From: Octopus vulgaris
Taxonomy: Eukaryota
Direction of reading: 5' to 3'
Assembly: GCA_951406725.2 (NCBI GenBank)
Contig: OX597817.1
Location: 81,654,001-81,718,000 of the forward strand
Length of the DNA: 64,000 nt
Positions within the stretch are counted from its first letter, which is position 1, and every line of letters begins with the position of its first letter. Shown here piece after piece: positions 39,480 through 54,500 of the stretch. A model generated the notes under the pieces. It made no database searches. It was not told the DNA's origin and saw only the letters and a program-made list of their open reading frames with translations. A program made the translations under genes and the position numbers.

Positions 39480-40214
39480 AACAAAATCACATTTAAACTT
39501 GAGAAAAGTCTGAATATTTTTCTTGTGCCATTTACAAATTGTATTTATAATTTGCGAGTTAACTGGTTGATATCTGTTTCTGAAAGCCCTAGCTTATCCA
39601 GATTGTCACTAACGACATTTACTCACAAAACCAAGTGCGCTTTATTGGTATAAATGTAAATTTATAGTCTGGATATAGGAGCTAGAGGTTATCTTCTTTG
39701 ATTTTCAAAGAGATATTGACATCAGCAGCACAGCTGACCTCCAAGGCTGCACATACTTTTACTTGTCTATCTCAAACAATATCAAGCCTGTTATGTTTGC
39801 ATTTGACATGTTTTGATGGGGATGTTCCACTTATATTCCTTGCGTCGATATTTGTGTATGTATTAAATAACTGGGGCATTATCTACAGGAGTTTTTTTCG
39901 AATGGCATTGTATATTTTTTGAACAACATCGTGTCGCAAAGGGAGGTAGTGCTTTAACATTTTTGAGCAGCTGATAATCACATGCGTGATGACTTCCACA
40001 GAAATATTACATAAACTACGTTTTCGGTTGCATCTTGGAGTTCCTAGGGCTCCACTGTCTCTTTTGTTTACAAAGGATTTCGTAACAATCTCTTGTTCTT
40101 GAATTGCAAATGCATAACCTTCGAAGTGGGAAATGATGTAACGTTCACCAGTCCAAGAGACTTTTATGTCGATATGATAGTCTTCTTCAAGTTTTCGGGA
40201 AATATACCCATGCA

Positions 40215-40215
<1 letters not shown>
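39480..40215 (-). pseudogene. 3' fragment of a non-LTR retrotransposon with restriction-like endonuclease (R4/Dong-like)
   Basis: EGYAFAIQEQEIVT...C...THVIISC...YLPLRHDVV followed by KHNRLDIV...LEVSC (degenerate CCHC, RHD and PD-(D/E) motifs). 5' end truncated at (TA)n. Confidence 0.75.
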
Positions 40216-40292
<77 letters not shown>

Positions 40293-40769
40293 TAATAATA
40301 CTAAAACTTTAGAAATGTTTGTGTGTACCCGAAATATCTTAGAAATGATATATTTTATCTTTTTTTTTGCATATTTTTTTCACACTTAACTTCGGCAGTG
40401 CAGTACAAATTTTTGTGATATTTGGACCTCTATTTATTAATGAAAACGATTGAACATAATTTTTGTTTGTTATTTCTTGACGAAAAAAAGAACCATGGCT
40501 TCCGTGGCATCGACATACATACACACATACAGGATACACACACATATAATGAATGTCATGGCGTATCAATCAACGCAAACGCACGTCCGCTGTCTGTGAC
40601 ATATACACACACTTAGAGGGATTCGTTGAGGTAGCTTGTGTGCGGCTTGTACGTAGTGTTTATAGTTTTCTGTTAACTCGGTGATTTCATTCTTTCTCAT
40701 AAGATTCGTTCGTGCTATAACAAGTCAATTTGGTATGTCAGTCTGACTGTCCGTAGTTCCTTTTGAATG

Positions 40770-41900
40770 TACGAATTGCATTCCGGAAGTTTTGAAACTT
40801 TTCAAGAGATATTTATCTATTTCAAAGAAGTACAAAACTCTAATCTCCTTCAAAGTAGGATCCTCTGACTTCAGTTCACATGTTACGCTTCAACAACTTC
40901 ATGAAGGCCCAAAGGAAGTCCTCCAAAATGATGATGTCCAGGACTCTTGTCTCAACTTCCTTCATCTTCTCAATGTCTTTAAAACGATTACTATTGAGGT
41001 TCTCCTTCAGTTTGGGGAACAACCAAGTTACAGGAAGCAAGATCTGGGCTGTATGGAGGGCGCAGGACAATTTTGATGCCCATCTCTGTCAAGTAGTTGG
41101 TTACCAGGATGGAATTGTGGACTGGTGTATTGTCCTGGTGTAGGAACCACTGACCTAAGTGGATAAGCTTTGGCCTTTGGCGACGAAAGCTTTTGCCTAA
41201 CTCCCTCAAAACCTCCACAAAGTACTCTTTGTTGACCATCTGGCCAGAGCGAACCCAGTGGATATAGATGACGCCCTTTCTGTCGAATTTCTTGGTGGAT
41301 TTACTTTGCATGGCCTTTTTGGGAGCCAGTATGCTTCTATTGGGCACTCTGTCTCATGGCTTCTGGACCATAGCAGTAGATTCAGTTTTCGTCACATATT
41401 ACTAGAAACTCAGTTACTCTTGAATTGGAGATAATGAAATCAACTATTTCTATGTTGTCACCAACGCATATTTCTTTCTGTTCGTCACTGAGCACCCGGA
41501 GAATAAATTTTACACAAATTTTGCAATTGTTCAGATTTTCATGAATAATTCTGTGTACAGTTGCCTCATCAACAGCAAACTGCATCCTTATTGTTTATAT
41601 TCACACCGCGATCTTCATCCAGAGAATTGCGAATTTTCTCAACTAGATCTGATGTTCTGACATTCCTTTCGCTCACACACCTGTCAGAACACCTCTCTAC
41701 CATCCTTGAACCTGTTGTGCCAGCAGAAAACGAAACAAATGCTCGCTTCATGCAAGTTAATCCATAAGCAGCTCTTAACGCCTCTCACCTCCTCTCTACA
41801 GTCCTCGAATCTTTTGTGCTAGCGAAAAAGTTAACACATAAGTAGCTTGGAAAATTTCATGTGTTTCTGAAGCGATTTTGTCCAGTTTAAACCAAAACTT
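40770..41900 (-). pseudogene. Degenerate mariner transposase
   Basis: ICVKFILRVLSDEQKE, VICDEN(WI), WFLHQDNTPVH and PPYSPDLAS motifs across frameshifted ORFs. Confidence 0.9.
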
Positions 41901-42514
41901 TATTGATTAGTGAATTGCCAAACATTTCGCCTGCATTCTGCAACTAGTTAGCTATGACTAGCAGTATTAAGTATTAAGTGTGTTCAAAGTATTGTTATAG
42001 CGTCTCCTTCAATCTGGTATATAAAAAAGAAGGCAGGTCAGCTTACTAGATGTATAATAATGATATGCTAACAGTACCCCGATCTGGGATATTTGTAATT
42101 GCCTCTCTTAAAAAAGACTCAAAACTTCTAGAATGCGCTTCCTACATCTTAATTGTTTTCTGTAAAATGTGGCAATATCCAACCATTAAAGCTCTTCCAG
42201 GTATCTTTCCATTATATAGTTTGCTTACAACTATAGGGAACATTTCCGAGTCAACAGTGTTTGTAAAACATACTGTCGTTGTTGACACAATATCCTTCCC
42301 AAATGTATTTATGCACAATGTATAATGGTCGAAGTCATCTTTTCGAGAAGGAATTTTCTTAACAGTAATATTTTTATTACTCATTTCTCTATATAATGAT
42401 TGTGAGTTGGAATCAAACTTGTTATTTATACTAGTTCGTTAACAAATTCCCCTAAAGTAACGGAGTTTTTCTCACAGCGTCCTGAGTTCGTACTTTTGAG
42501 TAATTAGCTTTCCC

Positions 42515-42850
42515 TGAAGGTGTGGATGTGTGGCAAGAAGTTTGCTTCCGACCACATGCTCCCGGGTTCAGTCCCATTTCGTGGCACTTTGAGCAAGTGC
42601 CTTCTACTATAGCCCCGGGCTGGCGGACCGAAACATTTTGAGACGATTTGGTGGACAGAAACTGAAAGAAGCCCATCGTGTATAAATATGATATATATAT
42701 ATATATATACACACACACATGTACATACATCCATGCTTAAATGCACGCACGCACGCACACACACATGTACTGGGATTTATGTAATCGACTATGACCTTCA
42801 AAGTAAGCTGTCAAATGATTAATGACTAATAACTGAATGGCTGAAACAAA
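42515..42850 (+). mobile_element. SINE family A, degenerate
   Basis: Head and core motifs. Confidence 0.7.
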
Positions 42851-43969
42851 TATAAGAACAAAAAATAAGAGAAAAAGAACACACACACACACACACATAA
42901 ACGTTTGGTTTTTTGTGAAGTTATATATAAAAACAAGTATGTGTATCTATATCTATTTATCTATTAATGTTCGTTTTAATGCCAAGTTACGTATGTAAAA
43001 AAAGTAACTATTTAATATTGAGCTGAAAGATCACTCAATACTTGTAGTGGAGTAAATATTTATTAATTCTTACAAGGAAAGCATTAATAGCAACTTTGAA
43101 GCTGCGGCTTATTCGTTGCCATCCGACTATGGTTTATTTTGGTTCTTTCTGGTTTAAAACAGTTTTGGACAAGTTGTTCTTATGGTCGGTGGTGTAAAGT
43201 GAATGGAAATTAAGTGTAGTGTAAGTAGACAGGACAAGTGATTGTGTAGGATGAGAGAGAATGATGAAAGGTTCGGAGGGATATATGTTCTTGTACAGTG
43301 TGGGTTGATAGAAAGATGTGGTGGAGACAGTTATTTCGGTTTGACAGGTGGTTTACGTTTCGGATTCAATCGGGCGTGGAAGTAAAGGATTACACAGCTG
43401 TGCCATATTCAGGACACAGTTTATGTTGGTTGAAGTTTTCTTGTGACTAATACAGAGTTTTTGTATGCAATGTTGGTTCCGAGCTATCTTAGGGTTCACA
43501 GAAGAATGTTTATATGTAATATGAGTCGGTCTGCCACACAACATAGGTCATATAGAGGTTAAACTTAGTGTTGATATTAGTAGCTTTCTTTGAAGAAATT
43601 CCGAAATGGGTATTTTAGACAAGTTTGGATTGGGAAGATTATGCTATTATAAGATATTCAGGAGAGTATTCTAACCTATTTCTAGCGTGGCTATTTATAT
43701 TTTATATAAAGGTGGACAAATGCGTGCATCTAACTTCATATCGTTATTTATACTTCCAGTTAAAGACATAAGGATGATGTATCTTTTATACACGTATACA
43801 TATGTGTGTGTCTGAGGGTGGGTGTGTATTTATATGCATATCCATATATACATATATATGCATACCTTCATATAAATATAAACATACACACGCGCGCACA
43901 CACATATAGTGTATCTTGTGTGTACAAATAAATGTACTATTACTACAGTTAAATCGAAGCGCTGTTCTT

Positions 43970-45200
43970 CCTAGCCTCTGTAGACTCGGTCCTGGAATAA
44001 ATATTATTGCCTATAGGTGGACGTGTTATTGATCAAGTCCACCTACTGGCAATAATCTTAAACCCGACTTAAACTCTCCCTGATCATGAAAACCCCTCAC
44101 ATCACCATAGCAGCGACGCCCACATCTCTGTTTCCACCTCTGGGATAAACGATTGCATTGAACAACATAGGATATTTACTGAGCACAGGCCCACCGGCTG
44201 GAAGAAAACCTGTAATTGTCGAGTCTTCCAATCATGAGTGTTAAAGGGGCATTGCTTGCACAACATTGTATATAAATGTCTGGTTACAACTCCATGTTCC
44301 CACCGGGCTTGGGTCTAGATAGTGGGTACGATCGACTTCAAAGGACACTACCCAGCTCACCTGAGCTACTTCTCAAATTGGGCTTCTAAACAATCTACTT
44401 CCCCTAACTACCTACATACAGCGCCTCAAGTCTTAGGGCACACCGTATACCTTATCCTGGTCTATAGTTTGTGTAGGAACCACATGCAATGCTAACATTT
44501 GCGTTTGTAAATTAATTATGTTGCCGGAGATCGCTTACAATATTAAGTTTAAATGAGACCTTCTTTGATTCTCGATTCTTTGATGAAACCTTCTCAAGCA
44601 GTCATAAATTCTGTGGCACTTTTGCTCATTATGTAAAATCATTATAATTTCTCCTCATCTTAGCTAAAATTCTTTTTTCTCTCCGTACTTCTTTTTATTC
44701 TCCTACTACTTCCACTCTCTTCCCTTGACGCTTAATTTTTCCACGCCTCCATGTCTGTTGCCTCTGATAATCGCTTTATTGTCTTTGAATGATTACTTTG
44801 ACTCTCCATGCAAGGTTCAATGATTACAATATTCCTTCGGCCAACTATTAACTTTACCGTTATCTACATCTCGTCTCGCCTCTTAACTATCTCCTCTCTT
44901 CACCATTTCCGCCCGCTTCCTCTAGCCCCTATTCCTCACGCTTCTCTTTAAAACCTTTATATTTGTAAATGCTACTAGACAACTCACTTTTGCTACACTA
45001 TTCTTGAAACGAGAGGCATAACTTACTTTAACAATTTCTCCTGGACTTGTTGCTGGTCGCACACCTATAACATCATGTATACATTACTTATGAATATGGT
45101 TATTATGTAAGTTATAGCTATCTTGAAACAGCTGTCGCGATAAGACGTAATTTTTTTCATTATTTTATAATCTGTATGTACTCCATGTAAATATGTCTCA
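43970..45200 (+). pseudogene. Highly decayed PLE 3' region
   Basis: ~44205-44290 translates as KTCNCRVFQS*VLKGHCLHNIVYKCLVTT (linker cysteines plus first GIY motif); a half hammerhead GAAACAGCTGTC lies at ~45125. Confidence 0.6.
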
Positions 45201-45300
45201 AGCGTAACTGTTTCCCCACCTTATTACCTCCGTAATAGCTCGACTAGGATTACTCTTACAGTCACTTTCAAACTGAGTTTATTTTGCTCTCACCCGCTCG

Positions 45301-45343
<43 letters not shown>

Positions 45344-45427
45344 TGTGTGTGTATGTGTGTGTAATTATCTATCCATCCATCCATCCATCCATCCATCCAT
45401 CCATCCATCCACCCATCCATCCAACTT

Positions 45428-45510
<83 letters not shown>

Positions 45511-45523
45511 GTATATGTATATA

Positions 45524-45900
45524 TTTTTCTTTACTACCCACAAGGAGCTAAACACACAGGGGACAAACAAGGACAGACAAACGGATTAAGTCGATTACAT
45601 CGACCCCAGTGCGTAACTGGTGCTTAATTTATCGACCCCGAAAGGATGAAAGGCAAAGTCGACCTCGGCGGAATTTGAACTCAGAACGTTAGCACGCCGG
45701 GCGAAATGCGTAGCCGTATTTCGTCTGCCGTTACGTTCTGAGTTCAAATTCCGCCGAGGTCGACTTTGCCTTTCATCCTTTCGGGGTCGATAAATTAAGC
45801 ACCAGTTACGCACTGGGGTCGATGTAATCGACTTAATCCGTTTGTCTGTCCTTGTTTGTCCCCTGTGTGTTTAGCCCCTTGTGGGTAGTAAAGAAAAATA
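45524..45900. repeat. Head-to-head inverted pair of SINE family B (near-perfect ~160-bp arms)
   Basis: 45524-45688 is the reverse complement of ~45734-45900. Confidence 0.9.
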
Positions 45901-45911
45901 TATACATATAT

Positions 45912-45957
<46 letters not shown>

Positions 45958-45982
45958 GTATATGTATATGTATATGTATATA

Positions 45983-46051
<69 letters not shown>

Positions 46052-46136
46052 ATCTATATATATATCTATATATCTATATATATTATGTATATGTATATGT
46101 ATATATATATGTATATGTATATATGCATATATATAA

Positions 46137-46179
<43 letters not shown>

Positions 46180-46199
46180 TATATATATATATATATATA

Positions 46200-46748
<549 letters not shown>

Positions 46749-46763
46749 ATAATACATACATAC

Positions 46764-46810
<47 letters not shown>

Positions 46811-47122
46811 TATATATATATATATATAAAATAGATTTAAAATATGTGGTAAATAAACAAACGACATAGTGTTTACTGAGTGTACAACCGGACGGGAGGC
46901 AAACACAGAAGGTCCCTGCGAAATGAGAATTACCAATTGGTTGATAACTGATGAAAAATTAGGGACCTTCTGCGTTTCTCTCCTATCTGGCTGTACACCC
47001 AGTATACATTATGTCGTTTGTTTATTTACCATATATTTTTTCATTTATTAAGTAATGGAATGGAACGCAACACACACCGAAATTATATACATATATATAA
47101 ATGCATGAGTATATATATATAT

Positions 47123-47161
<39 letters not shown>

Positions 47162-47289
47162 GATGTATCCATGCACGCATACATACGTACATGCATATAT
47201 GTATGAATGTGTGTGTGTGCGCGTGTTTGTATGTATTACGTAATATGCCAATGACCCTATTCACTGGTGACTGTTGTTTATGTCGAAAC

Positions 47290-47410
47290 AGAGCAGATGG
47301 ATAGACTTAGAGACAGAAATAGATAGATAGACTGATAGATAGACAGAGAAATAGATAGGCAGACAGATAGCTAGCCAGCTACACAGTTAGATAGATAGAC
47401 AGATAGATAA

Positions 47411-47473
<63 letters not shown>

Positions 47474-47780
47474 TTAAAGTGGATAGACAAATAGAAAAAG
47501 CTAGAGAGATATATAGATACATAGACAGATAGATCGATAGATAGACTGACAGATAAATACAAAGACACATAGATAGAAAGATAGGTAGATACATAGACAG
47601 AAAAATAGATAGATACATAGACACATAGATGAAAGATCGATAGATAGATAGACTGATAAACTGAATGATCGATAGACAGAGATAGCTATGTAGATAGACA
47701 GATAGATCCGATCGACATAGATTAGGCAGATATATTGATAAACAGATAGATAAATATATAGAGAAATAGATATATAGAAA
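47290..47780. repeat. Degenerate (GATA)n/(GACA)n tract
   Basis: Directly visible. Confidence 0.9.
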
Positions 47781-48598
47781 GAGAATGAAAGATGGGAACC
47801 AGTGAGTGACTAAGAAAGCGAGTGTAGAGTGAATAAGCAAGACGAGTGGGGAAGAAATAAATGAAAAACGAAAGGATAAAAAAGTTATAAACATACAAAC
47901 TAGGTTAATTTATTCATTTCTCTTATTTTTGTTTTCTTTTTTTTTTTCAAATATCTTTTGTTACATGTTTTTAACATTGCTAGTTGTTAGATGAGGAGAT
48001 CGACACAGTTTGTGGGCATTGTGCATATGTGTGAATGTGTATGGATGTGTGTGTGTGTGTGCATGTGTTTGTGCGCGTGTGTGTGAATGCTTGTGTGTGT
48101 ATGTGTGTATAGGTGGTTGTTGGTTTGTCTGCCTATACATGATTGTGTGACGGTATCTGTCTATATCTCACAGACTGCTTCTAAGTCATGTTTATTTGTA
48201 TTCACACAAACACACACGCGCGCACACACAGATACACACAGATACACACACACACACACACAAAGACGTACAAACATACATACATACACAGACACACTGT
48301 CTCTCTCACACACACGCATACACATTCACCTATTTTCATATATATATACACAATTGTACACACACGAACACATGCATATGTACACACATTCTCATAAACA
48401 CTACTTCATATTAAACTTCAAACTTCATACATACACTAAAATCTTTCTCTTTCTTTCTTTCTTTCTTTCTATGTGTGTGTGTATATATATATGTGTGTGT
48501 GTGAGATATAGTTATCTATCTATCTATCTCTCACACCCGCTCCCTCTCTCTCTATATAGAAATATAGATAGATATGGATATATATGTATACTCTCATA

Positions 48599-48643
<45 letters not shown>

Positions 48644-48797
48644 ATATGCATATCTACCTATCTATATTTGTAAGCAAATATGTTACACACACACATACAT
48701 ACATATATATATACATATATATTCATATATATTCATACACATACACGCATATCTATCTATCTATCATATTTACACCTCCAACACCATCCCCACGCCA

Positions 48798-48887
<90 letters not shown>

Positions 48888-49191
48888 GTACATTAATATA
48901 AATATATAAATACACGCACATGCACAAACCATTGTATATGAGTGTATATAAGTGAATGTATGTTTGTTTTTATGTCTGAGAACACCACAAGGTCACTTTG
49001 ACACACAATCTCTCAGACACAACACACACTCACGCTCACAGGCACACACATACATACACTCACCCAATAGTAAGAGACACACCATAGAGAAAGACACACG
49101 CACACACACACACACATCATAGACTCACACGTATACACACATATACCCACATACGCACGCGCACACACATGCACACACACGCGCGCACACA

Positions 49192-49232
<41 letters not shown>

Positions 49233-49620
49233 CCAATCAGATGAACAGTGAAACTCTACTATAAAGCCCACGGCCTGCACTTCACAGCTAACACCTACAA
49301 AACCTATACACACACACATACACACATGCACACACTCACACACGGATACATACGCACACGCACACAGTCAGACAATTCATTCTACATGGTGGTGGTGTTG
49401 GCAGTGATGGCGTGGGGTTGGTGATGGAGGTGTAAATGTGATTTTGAATATTTATTGACTGACAAAAAAACAGAATATTTGCATCAATCTATTTGTTTCC
49501 GTTTAATCATATTTTTAAAATTTATTACATCCGCACGTGGAGATGTGTTGTCCACAAACTGACCACTCAATGCCCACATACTGACTCCAGACTGACCACA
49601 AACAGTCTAAAAACTGGCAA

Positions 49621-49780
49621 TAGGCACAGGCGTGACTGCATGATAAGTTTGCTTTCCAACCACATGGTTCTGGGTTCAGTCCCATTGTGTGGCAACTTGG
49701 GCAAGTGTCTTCTGCTGTAGCCTCGGACTGACCAAAGCTTTGTGTGAGTGGATTTGGTAAATAGCATCTGAAAGATTGCT

Positions 49781-49838
<58 letters not shown>

Positions 49839-49857
49839 ATGTGTGTGTGTGTGTGTG

Positions 49858-49893
<36 letters not shown>

Positions 49894-49910
49894 ATGTGTG
49901 TACACACATG

Positions 49911-49941
<31 letters not shown>

Positions 49942-50022
49942 TGAGCGATCTTTCAGAGGCTATTTACCAAATCAACTCACACAAAGCTTTGGTCAGTCCG
50001 AGGTTACAGCAGAAGACACCCA
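49621..50022 (+). mobile_element. SINE family A 5' half with a local inverted duplication
   Basis: 49707-49790 is mirrored at 49935-50018 across (TG)n/(CA)n. Confidence 0.75.
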
Positions 50023-50075
50023 AGTTGTGTGTGTGCATGTGTGTACACACACACACATGCACACACACACACACT

Positions 50076-50107
<32 letters not shown>

Positions 50108-50149
50108 CCTATATATACATACATGCAAACACACTCACACATACACGCA

Positions 50150-51441
50150 TGCACAACCAAAATTTAACCTTCTTTAACATTTTTCTAAAATTTCTCTGGG
50201 ACAAGCGAATAACAACATTAGATTCAGCGTGAAAAGTTATATCAATATGTCTGAAACGAAGGAACGGTGTGCTTCCGTGAAATTCTGGTGGGGTAAACGG
50301 CGGCCGAAACAGCTGTCACGCTTCAAACAACTTACAAGTATGCTGCTATGAGCAAAACACAAGTTTACGAGTGGTTTTCTCACTTTAGGAATAGTCACTT
50401 GTCGCCTGAAGACCAACCTCGTTCAGGACGACCGTTAACCTACCGAACGAATGAAAACATCATGAAAATTCAGGAACTGATCTCAGAGGCCCGTCACTGA
50501 ACAATTGATGAACTTGTAACTGCACAAGCAGTCAGAGCCTTATTGGATGCGATCTCGCGGCAGCCATTGCCATCTCCGAGACTGGAGCGAGACCTCACCT
50601 GCATCCATTTGCCATGCGCGAGATCACAACGAGGCTCGCGATGGAAAAAACTATATAAAGGGAAAACCCGATTCAAATCTTTCTTTTTGGCGTCACTATA
50701 CAGCAGCGTTGGCTGAACACCACCACTGACTGGACCTGTCTATATGTTTTATCTCCAGAGGCAATGTACCCGCACTAACGGAGCTACTACACAACGCACA
50801 CAGCTAAAGATGGTAGCTGAGAGCAGCACACTACACCTATCCCGCGAATCCTGTAAATAAACCAGTTGTAAATAGCATTTGTACTTGAAGTTTTCTTTCT
50901 TCGCCTGCCGGAAGCCTGAACTACTCGAAGAACAAAAAGATGATGGAAAAAGACGATATTCTTCCGATATCGTAAACCTTGCCTTCCATTATTAAAAACT
51001 TGTTGATATGACTGGTCTGTCCTGGAGTTCCTACCGACGAATTTTGAGCGAGGAATTCCGAATAAAAAGAGTTGCAGCAAAATTTATGCTTCGCTTGCTC
51101 ACGGAAGATCAAAAGCAGTCAGGAGTGAATGCGTGTTATAAATTTAAAGAATAGTTGGAAGTTGATCTTGCTTATTGCGACTTGTTTTTGTTACTTCGAA
51201 TGGAAGGGGTTTTCCTTAAAGGAAAACGTTTCGCAGATGTGGAAGAGGAGGAGAAAAAGACTGATAGAGACGTTAAAAGGCATCACTTCGCAAGTGTTCC
51301 TGGTCTGCTCCGAACAGTGGGAAACGCATCTGGACCGATGCCTTGCTTCAAACAGATAATACTTTGAAGGCGATTAAAGTGTAAATATGTAAAACTAAGT
51401 AAATAAAATATTACAAAATTCCGGTTTCTTTTGGTACCCTC

Positions 51442-51444
<3 letters not shown>
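50150..51444 (+). pseudogene. Degenerate mariner transposon interrupted at ~50530-51010
   Basis: GKTAAET..LQTTYKYAAMSKTQVYEWFSHFRNS..EDQPRSGRP; RVAAKFMLRLLTEDQKQ; LKGKRFADVEE; right terminus ...ttttggtaccctcg-ta (reverse TACGAGGG, mariner-type). Confidence 0.85.
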
Positions 51445-51503
<59 letters not shown>

Positions 51504-51518
51504 CGGTCGGGTAACACA

Positions 51519-51572
<54 letters not shown>

Positions 51573-51577
51573 TATAC

Positions 51578-54500
51578 CCCACTGACGAGAATCACACCAG
51601 GACCATAAAGAAAACTTTCTTGGTAACACGCAGGTCAGATTGATTTGCCCTACCAAATCTGACTTAGGCAGACTGAGTAAACTTATTCTGGATAAATATT
51701 TACCTACTATACGTAACAAGATTAAACTTAGCCTTTGGAAGAATACTCAAGGTGCACTGGATTGGTTTTCTGCCATTAAGGTCAGTGATAATAATAGAAG
51801 TAAATTCATCCAATTTGATATACAAAATTACTACACATCCATAAACCCTATTATATTAAATAAGGCTTTAATTTTTGCTAGGAGACACACTAAATTAAGT
51901 ATGGGAGAGATTAGGGTTATCTTAACAGCTAGGAAAACATTAATAGAGTTTGATAACAAACTTTGGGCTAGAAAAGACACACCCAACTTGTTCGACATCA
52001 CCATGGGATCGCCGGATTCAGCGGAAGTGACTGATCTGGTTGGGATGTATTTACTAGATAACATTAGTAGGGAATTCCCTGGATTAAAAGGAGGACTATA
52101 TAGGGATGACGCTTTATTTTTGGTAAATAATACATCAAATAGGAGACTGGATCTACTGAAAAAAAGCCTAAATAAATTTTTTAAAAGTTTTGGCCTATCC
52201 ATAATTATTGAAAATGAAAACTATTCTGCCAATTATTTGATGTCAATTGCAACCTTACTAATGGGATACATGAACCTTATATTAAACCCAATTCTAACTT
52301 AGTATATATAAACCGTTCTAGCAATCACCCCCCTCAAATTAAAAGATCACTAGTGCGTAGCATTAGTCAGAGAATATCTTATCTATCCTCAAACGGGGAA
52401 TTTTTAATAAGCATTGTGATAGATATAATACAGCATTGCTGAAAGCAGGCTACATAAGTAAAATATGGTATATACCCAAGGATAATCCTTCAAATGTAGG
52501 TGGAACTATTAGGAACAACGCCAATAAATTTAGGACAAACAATAATAACTGTAAGACAAGGAAAAATAGGATATATAAAAACGCATATGATAATTATAGA
52601 GGTGTTGTTAATCTCGGAGCTGTTGACGGTAGTTTAAATAAATTAGCGCACATAAGTGATGGTAGTAATATTAATAATACGCATATCAAAACTAATGGTA
52701 GGTATGATAATAGTAAAGTTTATTTACGCAATAATTATGGGAATATTGATAATGATAGGCATAACAATGACATTGTTAAGGATAGTAAACATATGGGATG
52801 GACGAGGAATAAGGTTTTTACTAAAAATAACAATTTGATAGGCAACCCTAATACCGATAAGGATACACTATGGCTGATAATCCCATATGCATTGCAGATA
52901 AAAACAGACATAGTTAGAGCTTTGCACAATGTAATATTTAGGCATTTTGGTAAGGGTAAGAATAAATTTGGTCATTTAATTAACAATGGAACTGTTAGAA
53001 TAGGATACAGCATTACACACAATCTAGCCACCATCATCTCCTCATTTAATAACAGGAAACTGGATTACTTCTATAATGATAGAAAGTTGAATTTAGATAA
53101 TAGTAATTTGCCTCTCTATAATCGTAGGAACAATATATCTTTTGGAGCTAACGCGAACAACCCTCTTGCAAATTATGATGGTATCGTACCTGTAAGGAAA
53201 AATATTAATGTAATAGATGATACCACTACCACCAATACTATTACTATTGATAGGAATATCGCCAATAATGATAAATCAAATCATTCGTTGAATTTGGGAT
53301 TGGATAGTAAAAATAATTGTAACACTATTAATGGGAATGGTGTTACAGGAATGTTGGCCAATGTTAGATTACCCCAACCTGTTGATAACTGTAATTTCAG
53401 AAACAGAAATAAATGTGTGTTTGGTAATCAATGCCTCAAGAAAGAGGTAGTTTATTAATGCACTGTGGATACACAATTTAGTAGTAGGGTATACATCGGA
53501 GCAACTATGAATAGCATGAAACAGAGACTTAATTATCATAGATATACTTTTAGAAATAAAAATAGGATGTACTCTATGGGGTTAAGTGCGTATATTTGGG
53601 AACTCAAAAGTAAGAACTTAAATTTTAAATTAAACTGGAAAATACTAACTTCTGCACCTGTATATAATGGAAAAAATAAAAAATTTTCTCTCTATGTAAA
53701 AATGAAATTTTTTTCATTATCAAAGCTGGTAGGCCTATTATTAATAATATTAATGAAAAAATTTTTTTTTGCATTCATAAACTACCGTACACTTTCTCTA
53801 GATTTAAATATAACTTAGCTTTTCTACTAGTAATATTTTAACTCTCCTCTGTATCTAATTATACTAGTAGTCTTCTACAATTTTAAAACATGCAACTTAT
53901 AAATTTATAATTTTATAATTTTGTAGCTACACATGTATATAAATATATATGTTCTGTATTAATTGTTTTTTTGTTTTTTGCTTTTTGTCCTGGTTTATAA
54001 GGGAAATACACTGCGGCAAGAAAGAATATATACATTTTGGTATATACACAGTAATATGATATTCTTGGAGATTTCCAAAATTGCAGAGTGTGTATGAGTA
54101 TCATAGTTAGATACCTGGTTTTAGATACTGTAATACTAATATGTAATAAATGAGAGTCTATATTGGATTTTGTTTGTTTTGGATGAGTATATGGGTTTTT
54201 GCAGGTATTTATTTGGCAGGCTTATATATTGTATATTTAGTTGTATCTAAATTTGTATCTTATGTTATTTATTAATAAACCTATTCATTTACTTACATTT
54301 GGCTTTATACATATTAGCAGTCTTATATATTTAGTCTATATTTGTACTCATCTTGATTTGTACATTATGTTATTTATCTATTTATTTATTCATTATCTAT
54401 AGGTAAATGTTTACATAATAGTAGCCTGTATACTAGGTTTATATATGTACTTTTTTCAATGTATATCTTCATTTTATTTTATGTTATTTATCTATCTATC

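Noticed and set aside
42050-42400. ORFs on both strands with normal composition
   Set aside because: No recognisable domain or splice context; probably a decayed transposon.
44232-44240. TGA at a conserved Cys position in a PLE linker (possible selenocysteine, as in Naiad PLEs)
   Set aside because: The copy is heavily decayed, TGA is one step from TGY, no SECIS was seen, and the stop in the 53456 element is TAA.
50302-50319. cggccgaaacagctgtca, identical to the 3' half of the HHR at 56362
   Set aside because: It encodes AAETAV in the mariner transposase frame and has no matching CTGANGA/stem II upstream; treated as coincidence.
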